Part shown: positions 6,720 through 13,997 of the stretch, piece after piece
Layout: every line of letters begins with the position of its first letter
Numbering within the stretch: position 1 is the stretch's first letter
DNA from: a bacterium
GTDB lineage: Bacteria > Babelota > Babeliae > Babelales > RVW-14
DNA length: 13,997 bases
Reading direction: 5' to 3'
Assembly: GCA_043822925.1 (NCBI GenBank)
Contig: JBDRBF010000063.1
Span: forward strand, 1-13,997
Program-made: the position numbers and the translations under genes
The notes under the pieces: generated by a model
What the model was told of the DNA's origin: nothing
The model's database searches: none
The model's input: the letters and a program-made list of their open reading frames with translations, nothing else

Positions 6720-8159
6720 TTAAAGTTTCGCTTTGACGTCTTTCAGCGTGGTAGCCAATTCTGTGTATTTATTTTTCATTATTGTCAGCGCATCTTTGAG
6801 CTGTTTTATTTTTTTCGCAGCAAGTGGTGGCTGTGGTGGGGTAGGACGTGTGAGGACATGAGTCTTTACTTGTGCAAGGGGAACTTGCCTTACAGTCGGC
6901 TTAGCTGTTTTTTTGATATTTCTCATAAGCTCATTTTTATTTGCCTCAAAGTCTTTTCCAGTAGGGATAAAAGTTGGTTTTTTTTCAAAAGTCAGTGACG
7001 TTTTTTTTGTTCCTTCTGGGAAGACTTTTTTATCGTCATTTACTAGCTCTTGATCTAATTTTATGGTTGTTTTTAGTTTAGCCATAAAATTATCAAAAGC
7101 TGTTATTTTTTTACTTATTTTTTCATATGCAATTTCGAATAAAGTTTTATAAGTAATTTTATTATATTCGCTTTCTGTTTCTGGAGCTCCTTCTTTTATG
7201 GCGGCAGCGGCTGTAGCTGCCTTTTCAGAGAATTCAAAAATAGCAAAAAGTGCTTGTGTTATGTCATCAATATTATCAAGAGCTGTTTGTTTATCAGCGT
7301 TATTTTTAGCATTTTTAAGGCTTTGGGCATAATCATCAAGCGTGAGCTTAAGAATGTCGTTTAATTCTAGTTTTGTCAGGGCGGTAGGTTTAAAATCGAT
7401 TTGGATAAGTCTGAATTGTTTTTTTAGTCTTGTGAGTTCTTCTTGTTTGTCGGTATAAACCTTTTGGATTTCTTTAGCTAGGTTAGTTTTTTGTTCATCG
7501 GAATATTCATTGAAGAATTTAAGTAGCTCTTCTTTTTTTTGAGGTGAATCTAGGATTTCATCGAGGGTTTTTTTAAAAGAATCTGTATTTTTGGCATTTG
7601 ATGCCTTTTCGAGGTCTTTTTTTAACGTTTCAAGCCCTCTAAACTTTTTTACGACTAGGGCTGGTTTTATTTCATCTGGGGCAACAGGTGAGCCATCTGG
7701 GGAGGTTCGTGGACTTGTGGTTCTTGTGGTTATCACCGGCTTAGCCATCATAGGAGTGACATTGAGTATTATAGGTGTTGCTAATTGAGAAGCGGCGAGT
7801 ATTATTGCCTCAGCAGCACTTTTTAGCTTATCGTAATCAGTTGGGGCAATGAGTGGTTTTATGTGGAGAAAATTGACGAAAATTTCAAGGGATTGTTTAG
7901 CTATTGTTTCTGGGACCGGTATTTGGATGGGGTCTCCATCCTCGTTTTCGGTATCGTAAGGGATAATTATTTTAGGTAAAAGGTTGGTAATTTCAAAAAA
8001 ATTGCCCTTAAGTGCTAAGCCGAAAAGAAGTTCATCTCGTTTAGTCAGGTAATTGGTTATTTTTGTAAGTAATTGATTTGTTGGCTCATGTGTTTTTGAT
8101 TCTAAAAGCGTGAGTTTGTCAGTGAGGGTTTTTTTTTTGTTTATAAAATTCATCTTCAC
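6720..8159 (-). CDS. Hypothetical protein (479 aa), probably the C-terminal part of a frameshifted ~695-aa secreted protein; ends in the 34-aa module
   Basis: Long ORF with no signal peptide. It overlaps the upstream ORF across an A10 tract and ends with a Pro-rich linker followed by the shared motif. Confidence 0.75.
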   Translation of the reverse strand: MKMNFINKKKTLTDKLTLLESKTHEPTNQLLTKITNYLTKRDELLFGLALKGNFFEITNLLPKIIIPYDTENEDGDPIQIPVPETIAKQSLEIFVNFLHIKPLIAPTDYDKLKSAAEAIILAASQLATPIILNVTPMMAKPVITTRTTSPRTSPDGSPVAPDEIKPALVVKKFRGLETLKKDLEKASNAKNTDSFKKTLDEILDSPQKKEELLKFFNEYSDEQKTNLAKEIQKVYTDKQEELTRLKKQFRLIQIDFKPTALTKLELNDILKLTLDDYAQSLKNAKNNADKQTALDNIDDITQALFAIFEFSEKAATAAAAIKEGAPETESEYNKITYKTLFEIAYEKISKKITAFDNFMAKLKTTIKLDQELVNDDKKVFPEGTKKTSLTFEKKPTFIPTGKDFEANKNELMRNIKKTAKPTVRQVPLAQVKTHVLTRPTPPQPPLAAKKIKQLKDALTIMKNKYTELATTLKDVKAKL

Positions 8160-8808
8160 GTTCTTCTCTTTCTTTTTTTTCTTTTTTTTCTTCTTCCGTT
8201 AATATGGGTTCTATTTTTTTTACGTTTTTCCACATTTTTGCCGGTATAGGTATATCCGGGGTATTTCTAGTATTGATTTCTTCTATAAATGTTTTAATGA
8301 CTTGTGGTATGTGGATACTATTTTTATCTCCAAAGACTGTCGTACTTGTAAAAATAGGGCCTTCGGTTTTTATTACGTTAAAGATAGGACATAGTAGATT
8401 AAATTTTTCTCTGTATTTTTTAATATATTCAATAAATTGGTCTTTGACATTTCTTAACGTAAATTTTTCTTCTGTTTTTGTTTTTATTCTATCCCGAAGA
8501 AATGTATCTTTTATTGAAAGAGCATCGACGTTATCTTTTTTTTCTAAATGTGTTATGGCTTCATTTATGATGGTGAAAATTTGTCCAATGGTGTCAGTGC
8601 TTGCTGGGTCGCTGATTTTTACGTCGTTTTCATCGAAAGTTATAGGAGATTCTTTGCCTAAATCCTCTATATCTGGTGGTGGGGCGTCGTCGATATCCGT
8701 GGTTGGTTGTGCGGGGTTGCCACCCGCTAGCGCTTTGTACGGGGTGGCTAAGCACATGGTGCAGAGTGCAATAAGTAAGAATCTTTTGAAAAAAAGTGTT
8801 CTGGGCAT
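8119..8808 (-). CDS. Hypothetical secreted protein (229 aa), probably the N-terminal part of the frameshifted gene
   Basis: AAGGAG RBS and signal peptide MPRTLFFKRFLLIALCTMCLATPYKALA. The stop comes 3 codons after the A10 tract. Confidence 0.78.
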   Translation of the reverse strand: MPRTLFFKRFLLIALCTMCLATPYKALAGGNPAQPTTDIDDAPPPDIEDLGKESPITFDENDVKISDPASTDTIGQIFTIINEAITHLEKKDNVDALSIKDTFLRDRIKTKTEEKFTLRNVKDQFIEYIKKYREKFNLLCPIFNVIKTEGPIFTSTTVFGDKNSIHIPQVIKTFIEEINTRNTPDIPIPAKMWKNVKKIEPILTEEEKKEKKEREEREDEFYKQKKNPH

Positions 8809-8866
8809 GGTTCTCTCCTTTTTGAAAAAACATAGGGCCTGTATTGTGACTTTTTACTATTAAAAA

Positions 8867-8900
8867 GAATGGATCCCAGATCCCGTCTGGGATGACAAAG
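8867..8900 (+). repeat. Palindromic element of the TGGATCC...GGATGACAA family
   Basis: GAATGGATCCCAGATCCCGTCTGGGATGACAAAG, with stem ATCCCAGA/TCTGGGAT. Confidence 0.8.
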
Positions 8901-9081
8901 TTGGGTGTTATTTTTTGTTTTCTGTTGATTTTGAAGGTAACAAAGTTGGGATGTGAATGCAAGAATGTTGAAAAAATGGAGGGGCGGATGGGGATGGTGG
9001 GTGGAGGGACGGTCGTTTTCCAGGGATAATTGGAGGGCGCAACTCATTTTTGTTGAATTTTGGTCATATTTTGACTACAAG

Positions 9082-9118
9082 TTGGACAAGTTTAAACTCA
9101 GAGTTTAAGATTGTCCAA
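9082..9118. promoter_or_regulatory. 37-bp near-perfect palindrome, candidate operator upstream of the ATPase
   Basis: TTGGACAA-GT-TTAAACTC-A-GAGTTTAA-GA-TTGTCCAA; 16 of 18 pairs are complementary around a 1-nt centre. Confidence 0.6.
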
Positions 9119-9137
9119 TGCAAGAGAGGTGTAAAAA

Positions 9138-9182
9138 ATGATTATTAGAGGCGAGAACGTGATAATAAGAGGTGAAAAATGA
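9138..9182 (+). CDS. Candidate 14-aa leader peptide MIIRGENVIIRGEK coupled to the ATPase
   Basis: Own GAGGTG RBS (9126-9131) 6 nt upstream of the ATG; its TGA overlaps the ATPase ATG (ATGA). Confidence 0.35.
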   Translation: MIIRGENVIIRGEK

Positions 9183-10372
9183 TTATAAAAAGGGCGTTAG
9201 AAGAAAAATTAAAAGCACTTGCGAGCCAATTTGCAGCCGTCTCAGTTACTGGGCCAAGACAATCGGGAAAAACAACATTGGTTAAACAAGCGTTTCCCAA
9301 TTACGAATATTTTAACTTTGAAGATCCAAATACCCGGTCAGTTTTCCGGGCAGACCCGCATAATTTTTTAAAAAAGTTTATGGCCGCCCCTGGTCTTATC
9401 TTGGATGAGCCGCAAAATGTTCCTGAAATTTTTTCGTATTTACAGATTTATATTGATGAGTACCATAAGCCGGGTCATTTTATTATAACCGGTTCTCAAA
9501 ATTTTCTCTTGAATGAATCTATCAGTCAAAGTTTGGCTGGAAGAATAGCAATTTTAAATTTGCTTCCCCTATCGTTGGATGAATTGCAGCAGGCAAAGTT
9601 ATTACCAAGCACGATAGATGATACGCTTTTTAAGGGATTTTATCCTGAGCTTTATAAAAAAGAGATATCAATTGTAGATTGGTATGGCAGTTATATTAAT
9701 ACGTATCTTGAACGAGATGTGCGACTTCTTAAAAATGTTACAAGTCTTGATAGATTTAGCTATTTCATGAAGCTTTGCGCTGGACGTAATGGACAAGTTT
9801 TGAACTTGTCATCGATTAGTGATGATTTGGGTATTAGTGTGACAGCGATAAATCAGTGGCTTTCGGTTTTGCAATCTTGTTATATAATTTTTTTACTGGA
9901 ACCATATTATAAGAACTTTGGAAAACGGGTTGTTAAATCTCCAAAAATATTTTTCTATGATCCTGGTATTGTTTGTTCTTTGCTTAATCTTACAAGTTCT
10001 GATCAGCTTTTTGCCAATTATATGCGGGGAAATATTTTTGAGGCCATGATCATATCAGATTTTTTCAAGCAGCAATTTAACCGCGGCATGAGATCAAGTT
10101 GTTATTATTGGCGAGATAAATCTGATTTTGAAATTGATTGTGTTGTCGAACGGGCTGGGAATATTACGCCTGTCGAAATAAAGGTTTCAAAAACGGCTGA
10201 TATTACAGCTCTCGGGCGTTTATCGTCATGGAATGAGCTTACTGAAACAAAGCCAATAGATAATGTGCTGGTTTATGGTGGGGATGATAATTGGGATATG
10301 GATAAAGGGCATATTGTAAGTTGGAAATCGGCGGGGAATTTGATTGAAACGTTGGATAAGAGAAAGGGATAA
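9179..10372 (+). CDS. AAA_14-type ATP-binding protein with C-terminal DUF4143 / PD-(D/E)XK-like domain
   Basis: Walker A GPRQSGKTT, Walker B LILDEPQ, then ITGS, ESISQSLAGR, YLERDV, KRVVKSPKIFFYDPG, GNIFE and YYWRD...EIDCVVE...PVEIK. Confidence 0.9.
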   Translation: MIIKRALEEKLKALASQFAAVSVTGPRQSGKTTLVKQAFPNYEYFNFEDPNTRSVFRADPHNFLKKFMAAPGLILDEPQNVPEIFSYLQIYIDEYHKPGHFIITGSQNFLLNESISQSLAGRIAILNLLPLSLDELQQAKLLPSTIDDTLFKGFYPELYKKEISIVDWYGSYINTYLERDVRLLKNVTSLDRFSYFMKLCAGRNGQVLNLSSISDDLGISVTAINQWLSVLQSCYIIFLLEPYYKNFGKRVVKSPKIFFYDPGIVCSLLNLTSSDQLFANYMRGNIFEAMIISDFFKQQFNRGMRSSCYYWRDKSDFEIDCVVERAGNITPVEIKVSKTADITALGRLSSWNELTETKPIDNVLVYGGDDNWDMDKGHIVSWKSAGNLIETLDKRKG

Positions 10373-10406
10373 GAGAAAAGCACTGCGTTTTTTGCGCGAG
10401 TAAAAT

Positions 10407-10443
10407 AAAAAAAGAGCACCGAGTTTTTAGGTTCGGTGCTCTT
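10407..10443 (-). terminator. Intrinsic terminator of the folC-like gene (possibly bidirectional)
   Basis: AAGAGCACCGA/TCGGTGCTCTT stem that ends in a T7 run on the minus strand, about 20 bp after the stop. Confidence 0.8.
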
Positions 10444-10462
10444 AGTATTTAAGATTTAAGGC

Positions 10463-11875
10463 TTAGCCGAGTTTTTTGATGCCTCTATGTTTCCAATATT
10501 CATGTATCAGGCTATTTGAACCTGAGATCGCAACAAGTCCGTCACGTTCATCAACGATTGTTTTAGCCAGTTCAAATGCTTCGCTAAAACTTGCGCATGC
10601 TTTTGCTTTAATATTAAGCTCTTTTGCAATGGCAGTTAAGTCGTTAACGTCATGTGATGGCATGCCGTCTATTTGTGGCAATTGGACGAATAAAATTTGG
10701 CCGCTTACTTTTTTAAGTAAGTATCTGACTAATTTTATCGCTTCCATTGCATTTACAGATTTGCTAAACCCTAAAATAAGCGCAAGGCCTTTAAGGGGTT
10801 TTTGATAATGCAACAAACGGATGCCTAAGAACAGGTTTGTGCATGCATCTAAGTTTGAAGCGTTATCAAGCAAAATGCTTGGTTTTTCTTTATCAAGTAA
10901 GTCAAAGCGTCCATTTAATAAGTCAAAGTGATCTGCCCAAAAGCCTTTAAGCGTTTTGATTGGGTTTAGTTCAGCATGACGTTTTGCTTCTAATGTTGGA
11001 CGACCGCGTTGGCCTTTTTGCGTTGCAAGAAGGTTACCACGTAGGAACGGTGAGAATTTGCCGTTTATATCTTCAACATAAATTTGGGCGATTCTTTCAC
11101 CGAGTGATGCGATGCGGCCGTAAAGTTGTTCATATATGTAAGGGAGTGATGCAAGTTTGCGAATGGGCATGGCCCATTGAATCTTGTTGTCATCCGCCCA
11201 GGTTTTCATTTTTTGTAGACGTAATTTGCTTTGTTCTGCTGAAATAAACCAACATCCTGGTTTTGAGATTTCAAGCATTTCATAAGCCATTTGGTCTAAG
11301 TCTTCGTTCAAAAGACCTCTTTGATCATGAGCTATGCGGGTTATTGCAGCAATTTTTGGATTAAAGATGCTTGCTGCGTCATGTTTTCCGCCGTAACTTA
11401 CTTCAAGTACTGCAATGTCTACTTTTTCTTCTATGAAGTGAAGTACTGACATCATAGTGACGATTTCGTAAGCAGTTGCTTTAATATTACTTGCTTGGGC
11501 AACGTTTATGACTTCGTTAGCCAAGTCTGTAAAAGCTTTATTTGAAATTGCTTCAAAGTTGATTATTGTTTGTTCGTTAAAGTTTAAGATGTGTGTTGAG
11601 TAAGCGGCGCCAACTTTTAAGCCTTCTTCTCTGAGTAATTTTGTTGCAAAGTGAATGGTTGAACTTTTACCATTTGTTCCGCCAACAAGAATGGTGTCTA
11701 TTTTTGTTGATGGGTGATCAAATAGTCTGTCGAGTTCTTTCATACGATTAACAGATTCAGCACTATATTCGTTAGCCGGTAACGAATATAAATATTCGAC
11801 GACTTCGTTATAGCTTCTCGCTTTATCAAGCGAAGATTCTATTTTTTTTCTTGTTTGCCTTGTACTGGTAATCAT
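10463..11875 (-). CDS. Divergent FolC-like (folylpolyglutamate synthase / Mur ligase superfamily) protein
   Basis: VGGTNGKSST P-loop, AYSTHI, ATAYE, AVLEVSYGGKHDA, ITRIAHD, GRF and ILLDNASN are collinear with FolC motifs, but several are degenerate. ATG 11875 (AAGGTG RBS) is preferred over GTG 11884. Confidence 0.75.
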   Translation of the reverse strand: MITSTRQTRKKIESSLDKARSYNEVVEYLYSLPANEYSAESVNRMKELDRLFDHPSTKIDTILVGGTNGKSSTIHFATKLLREEGLKVGAAYSTHILNFNEQTIINFEAISNKAFTDLANEVINVAQASNIKATAYEIVTMMSVLHFIEEKVDIAVLEVSYGGKHDAASIFNPKIAAITRIAHDQRGLLNEDLDQMAYEMLEISKPGCWFISAEQSKLRLQKMKTWADDNKIQWAMPIRKLASLPYIYEQLYGRIASLGERIAQIYVEDINGKFSPFLRGNLLATQKGQRGRPTLEAKRHAELNPIKTLKGFWADHFDLLNGRFDLLDKEKPSILLDNASNLDACTNLFLGIRLLHYQKPLKGLALILGFSKSVNAMEAIKLVRYLLKKVSGQILFVQLPQIDGMPSHDVNDLTAIAKELNIKAKACASFSEAFELAKTIVDERDGLVAISGSNSLIHEYWKHRGIKKLG

Positions 11876-12195
11876 TGTCTTCACCTTTCTTTATACTTTT
11901 TATACGCTTTTTATTATACGTACTTTTTTATGGTACTTGAGTACGAATGCGTTTCTTTTTAGGTCTGTATTTAGGTCTTTATTATGTGAGAATTATATTA
12001 AGCTGATGAATATTGATATTTTGTGTGGTCGCAATGTGACTTAAATATTTTTTTTCTATTAAACTTTGTAAGCGATATTTCATGACGCCGTAAATTCAAT
12101 TTAAAAATATTAGAATCTTTTTTTAGAATAAGATATATTTAATCGATTGTCAAACGCCTATTAATCGCTACTATCCAGAGGAGCTAATTTACAAA

Positions 12196-12861
12196 ATGAC
12201 GAATAAAATGAGAGAAAAGATTTCTATCTGGCAAGATGTGGGAGCGGGAGAACGAGTAGCAAAATCTTTGCAAGAAGATAATATCTTGATTACGTCGACC
12301 GATACGGTACTTGGTTTTCTTGCTAACATCACAGAGCGTTCTTACAATAGTTTAAATACTATAAAAGGCGACCGGGAAAATAAGCCGTATGTTGTTTTGA
12401 TCGAATCGATTGACAGGTTGAAAAGATTTGTTGATGTCGATGGTTTATTTGATCAAAACATGCTTAATTTGCTTGCCCGATGTTGGCCTGGTCCGGTAAC
12501 GCTTGTTTTTAAAGCCAAGCCTGGGCTGCCATCGTTCTTAGTATCACCTGAGGGTACTATTGCTTTGCGGTGCCCGAGCCATGCAGGCTTGAGGCGTTTA
12601 TTGCGTTATTTTGAGGGGCTTTTTTCAACGAGCGCCAATTTGTCTGGTAAACCGATGCCAACTTGTGTTAACGAGATCCCGGAGAGTATAATCGAACAGA
12701 TAATGTATATTGTTCTTGATAGAGATAATAATTGTCTAAAAACCGTCTCGTCAACGATACTTGATTGCTCTGATGTGAAGAAGTCTGGGATTCGCGTCGT
12801 GCGAGAAGGTGCTTATGGCGTAAAAATTTTGGAGGGCTATTATGGTGCGCAATTTAAATAG
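12196..12861 (+). CDS. tsaC: L-threonylcarbamoyladenylate synthase (Sua5/YrdC family)
   Basis: Motifs TDTVLG, IKGDRENKP, WPGPVTLV, IALRCP, STSANLSG and SSTILD...VREGA. GAGGAG RBS upstream. Confidence 0.88.
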   Translation: MTNKMREKISIWQDVGAGERVAKSLQEDNILITSTDTVLGFLANITERSYNSLNTIKGDRENKPYVVLIESIDRLKRFVDVDGLFDQNMLNLLARCWPGPVTLVFKAKPGLPSFLVSPEGTIALRCPSHAGLRRLLRYFEGLFSTSANLSGKPMPTCVNEIPESIIEQIMYIVLDRDNNCLKTVSSTILDCSDVKKSGIRVVREGAYGVKILEGYYGAQFK

Positions 12862-13807
12862 TACGGGGTTTTTATTAGCTGATATTACTCGCGCATGGGA
12901 TTTAATAACGCGCGCGCAAAAAATAACACTTTTGACGCATAGTAAGCCAGATGCTGATGGCGTCTCTGCGTGCACGGCTCTTTCTTTATTATTAGAGAAG
13001 TATGGCAAGCAAACTGAAACTATTTATCCCGATAAGCCTGATATGGTTATTCAGTATCAGCCTAAGCATGTGCTTGTTGGAGAGCATAGTTTTGTTCCAG
13101 ATTTAATAATTATTTGTGATACGGCCAATTGTGAGCGCGTATATTGGCCAGAAGCTTTTAATAATTGTGCTTCTATAAATATTGATCATCACATAAGTAA
13201 TAGTATTAACAGTACGGTGAATTTTGTTTCAGAAAAAGTTGCCAGCACTTGTGAACATGTGTATGAGCTTATTTGTGCGTGGGACTATGATGCTTTTGAT
13301 CGTCAAATAGCACAAAGTTTATTGTTGGGTATTTTGTATGATAGTCAGGTTTTTCATACGAGGGCGACAAATGCTCGAACATTGAGAATAGCTGCTGATC
13401 TGATTGATTTTGGTGCAAATATGATCGAGTTACAAGCGCAGCTTTTACAAAATAAAAATCCTAAGATAATTGAATTTTGGGGATATTTGCTGAGCTCTAT
13501 TAAATTATCACCTTCAGGGCGTGCTGCGTGGAGCATTATTAAACAGTGCGATTTGCAAGCGCGTGGGCTTACGGCGATGTCGCTTGTTGGTTTTATTAAT
13601 TTTTTATCTCAAATATCTGATCTTGATATATCGGCTATTTTTTATGAGACAGAAGAGGGTTGGACTAAAGTATCGTTGCGGTCAAAAATTACTGACGTTA
13701 ATGCTTTGTCGCAGCGCTTTGGCGGTGGTGGCCACAAAAACGCTGCGGGTATTATGATTAAAAAAAATATAGACGATGTTGTTTTGGACGTTACGAGCTG
13801 TTTTTAA
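12842..13807 (+). CDS. nrnA: DHH/DHHA1 phosphoesterase (NrnA-like oligoribonuclease/PAP phosphatase)
   Basis: Motifs THSKPDADG, CDTA, NIDHH, GILYDS, KVSLRS and GGGGHKNAAG. Confidence 0.88.
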   Translation: MVRNLNSTGFLLADITRAWDLITRAQKITLLTHSKPDADGVSACTALSLLLEKYGKQTETIYPDKPDMVIQYQPKHVLVGEHSFVPDLIIICDTANCERVYWPEAFNNCASINIDHHISNSINSTVNFVSEKVASTCEHVYELICAWDYDAFDRQIAQSLLLGILYDSQVFHTRATNARTLRIAADLIDFGANMIELQAQLLQNKNPKIIEFWGYLLSSIKLSPSGRAAWSIIKQCDLQARGLTAMSLVGFINFLSQISDLDISAIFYETEEGWTKVSLRSKITDVNALSQRFGGGGHKNAAGIMIKKNIDDVVLDVTSCF

Positions 13808-13810
13808 GCC

Positions 13811-13934
13811 CTATGGTTAAAACCATAGACTGGAACTAATTTCAGGCGGGGACGCCTGATGAAAATTTTAGAGACCTGGTTCTCAGGTGTAATCTCCTGG
13901 ATTTCCCGTGAGCCTGGTGTTTTAACACTCGGCA
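13811..13934. repeat. Cluster of dispersed copies of hairpins A and B from the 72-bp array
   Basis: 13811-13828 is the exact reverse complement of 370-387. 13842-13859 (TCAGGCG-GGGA-CGCCTGA) is a hairpin B variant. 13905-13934 matches array unit positions 1-30 at 28/30. Confidence 0.88.
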
Positions 13935-13997
13935 TTTTTATTTCTTCAAATACGTTTGCGCATCAAGAGCTGCTTGGCAGCCGTTACCTGCAGAAAC

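Noticed and set aside
5591-6998. Plus-strand ORFs 5591-5827 and 6453-6998 sharing RGYGAFYAPYPLLYVNGS
   Set aside because: The shared peptide is simply the translation of the 92-bp DNA repeat; both ORFs overlap real minus-strand genes and have weak starts.
8895-8950. 11-bp direct repeat ACAAAGTTGGG at 8895 and 8940 as a target-site duplication
   Set aside because: It is short, overlaps the palindromic element, and encloses nothing recognisable.
10354-10378. GGATAAGAGAAA tandem duplication at the ATPase stop
   Set aside because: A simple local slippage duplication with no evident functional consequence.
11885-12195. AT-rich divergent intergenic region as an origin or ncRNA
   Set aside because: I found no DnaA-box cluster or convincing stable structure; it is consistent with ordinary divergent promoters.

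Overview
AT-rich bacterial chromosomal window. The overall style suggests a host-associated lineage such as Ca. Dependentiae/Babelota, but that is inference only. Housekeeping genes (pheS, galU, a strongly diverged folC-like gene, tsaC/SUA5, a DHH/NrnA phosphoesterase) flank an accessory block of about 7.5 kb. The block holds minus-strand, Lys/Glu-rich orphan proteins with signal peptides that share a previously unnamed 34-aa coiled-coil module. One of these genes is split by a single-base frameshift at an A10 tract. The block also holds a HigBA-type toxin-antitoxin pair between two 92-bp direct repeats, and an AAA_14/DUF4143 ATPase with a palindromic operator and a coupled leader ORF. The intergenic DNA is rich in small structured repeats: a 72-bp two-hairpin tandem array at the left edge, whose hairpins recur with compensatory changes at the right edge, and a second TGGATCC...GGATGACAA palindrome family (3 copies, one carrying a nested insert). 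No rRNA, tRNA, CRISPR array, transposase or integrase is visible. All assignments come from motif reading by eye; no database search was run.
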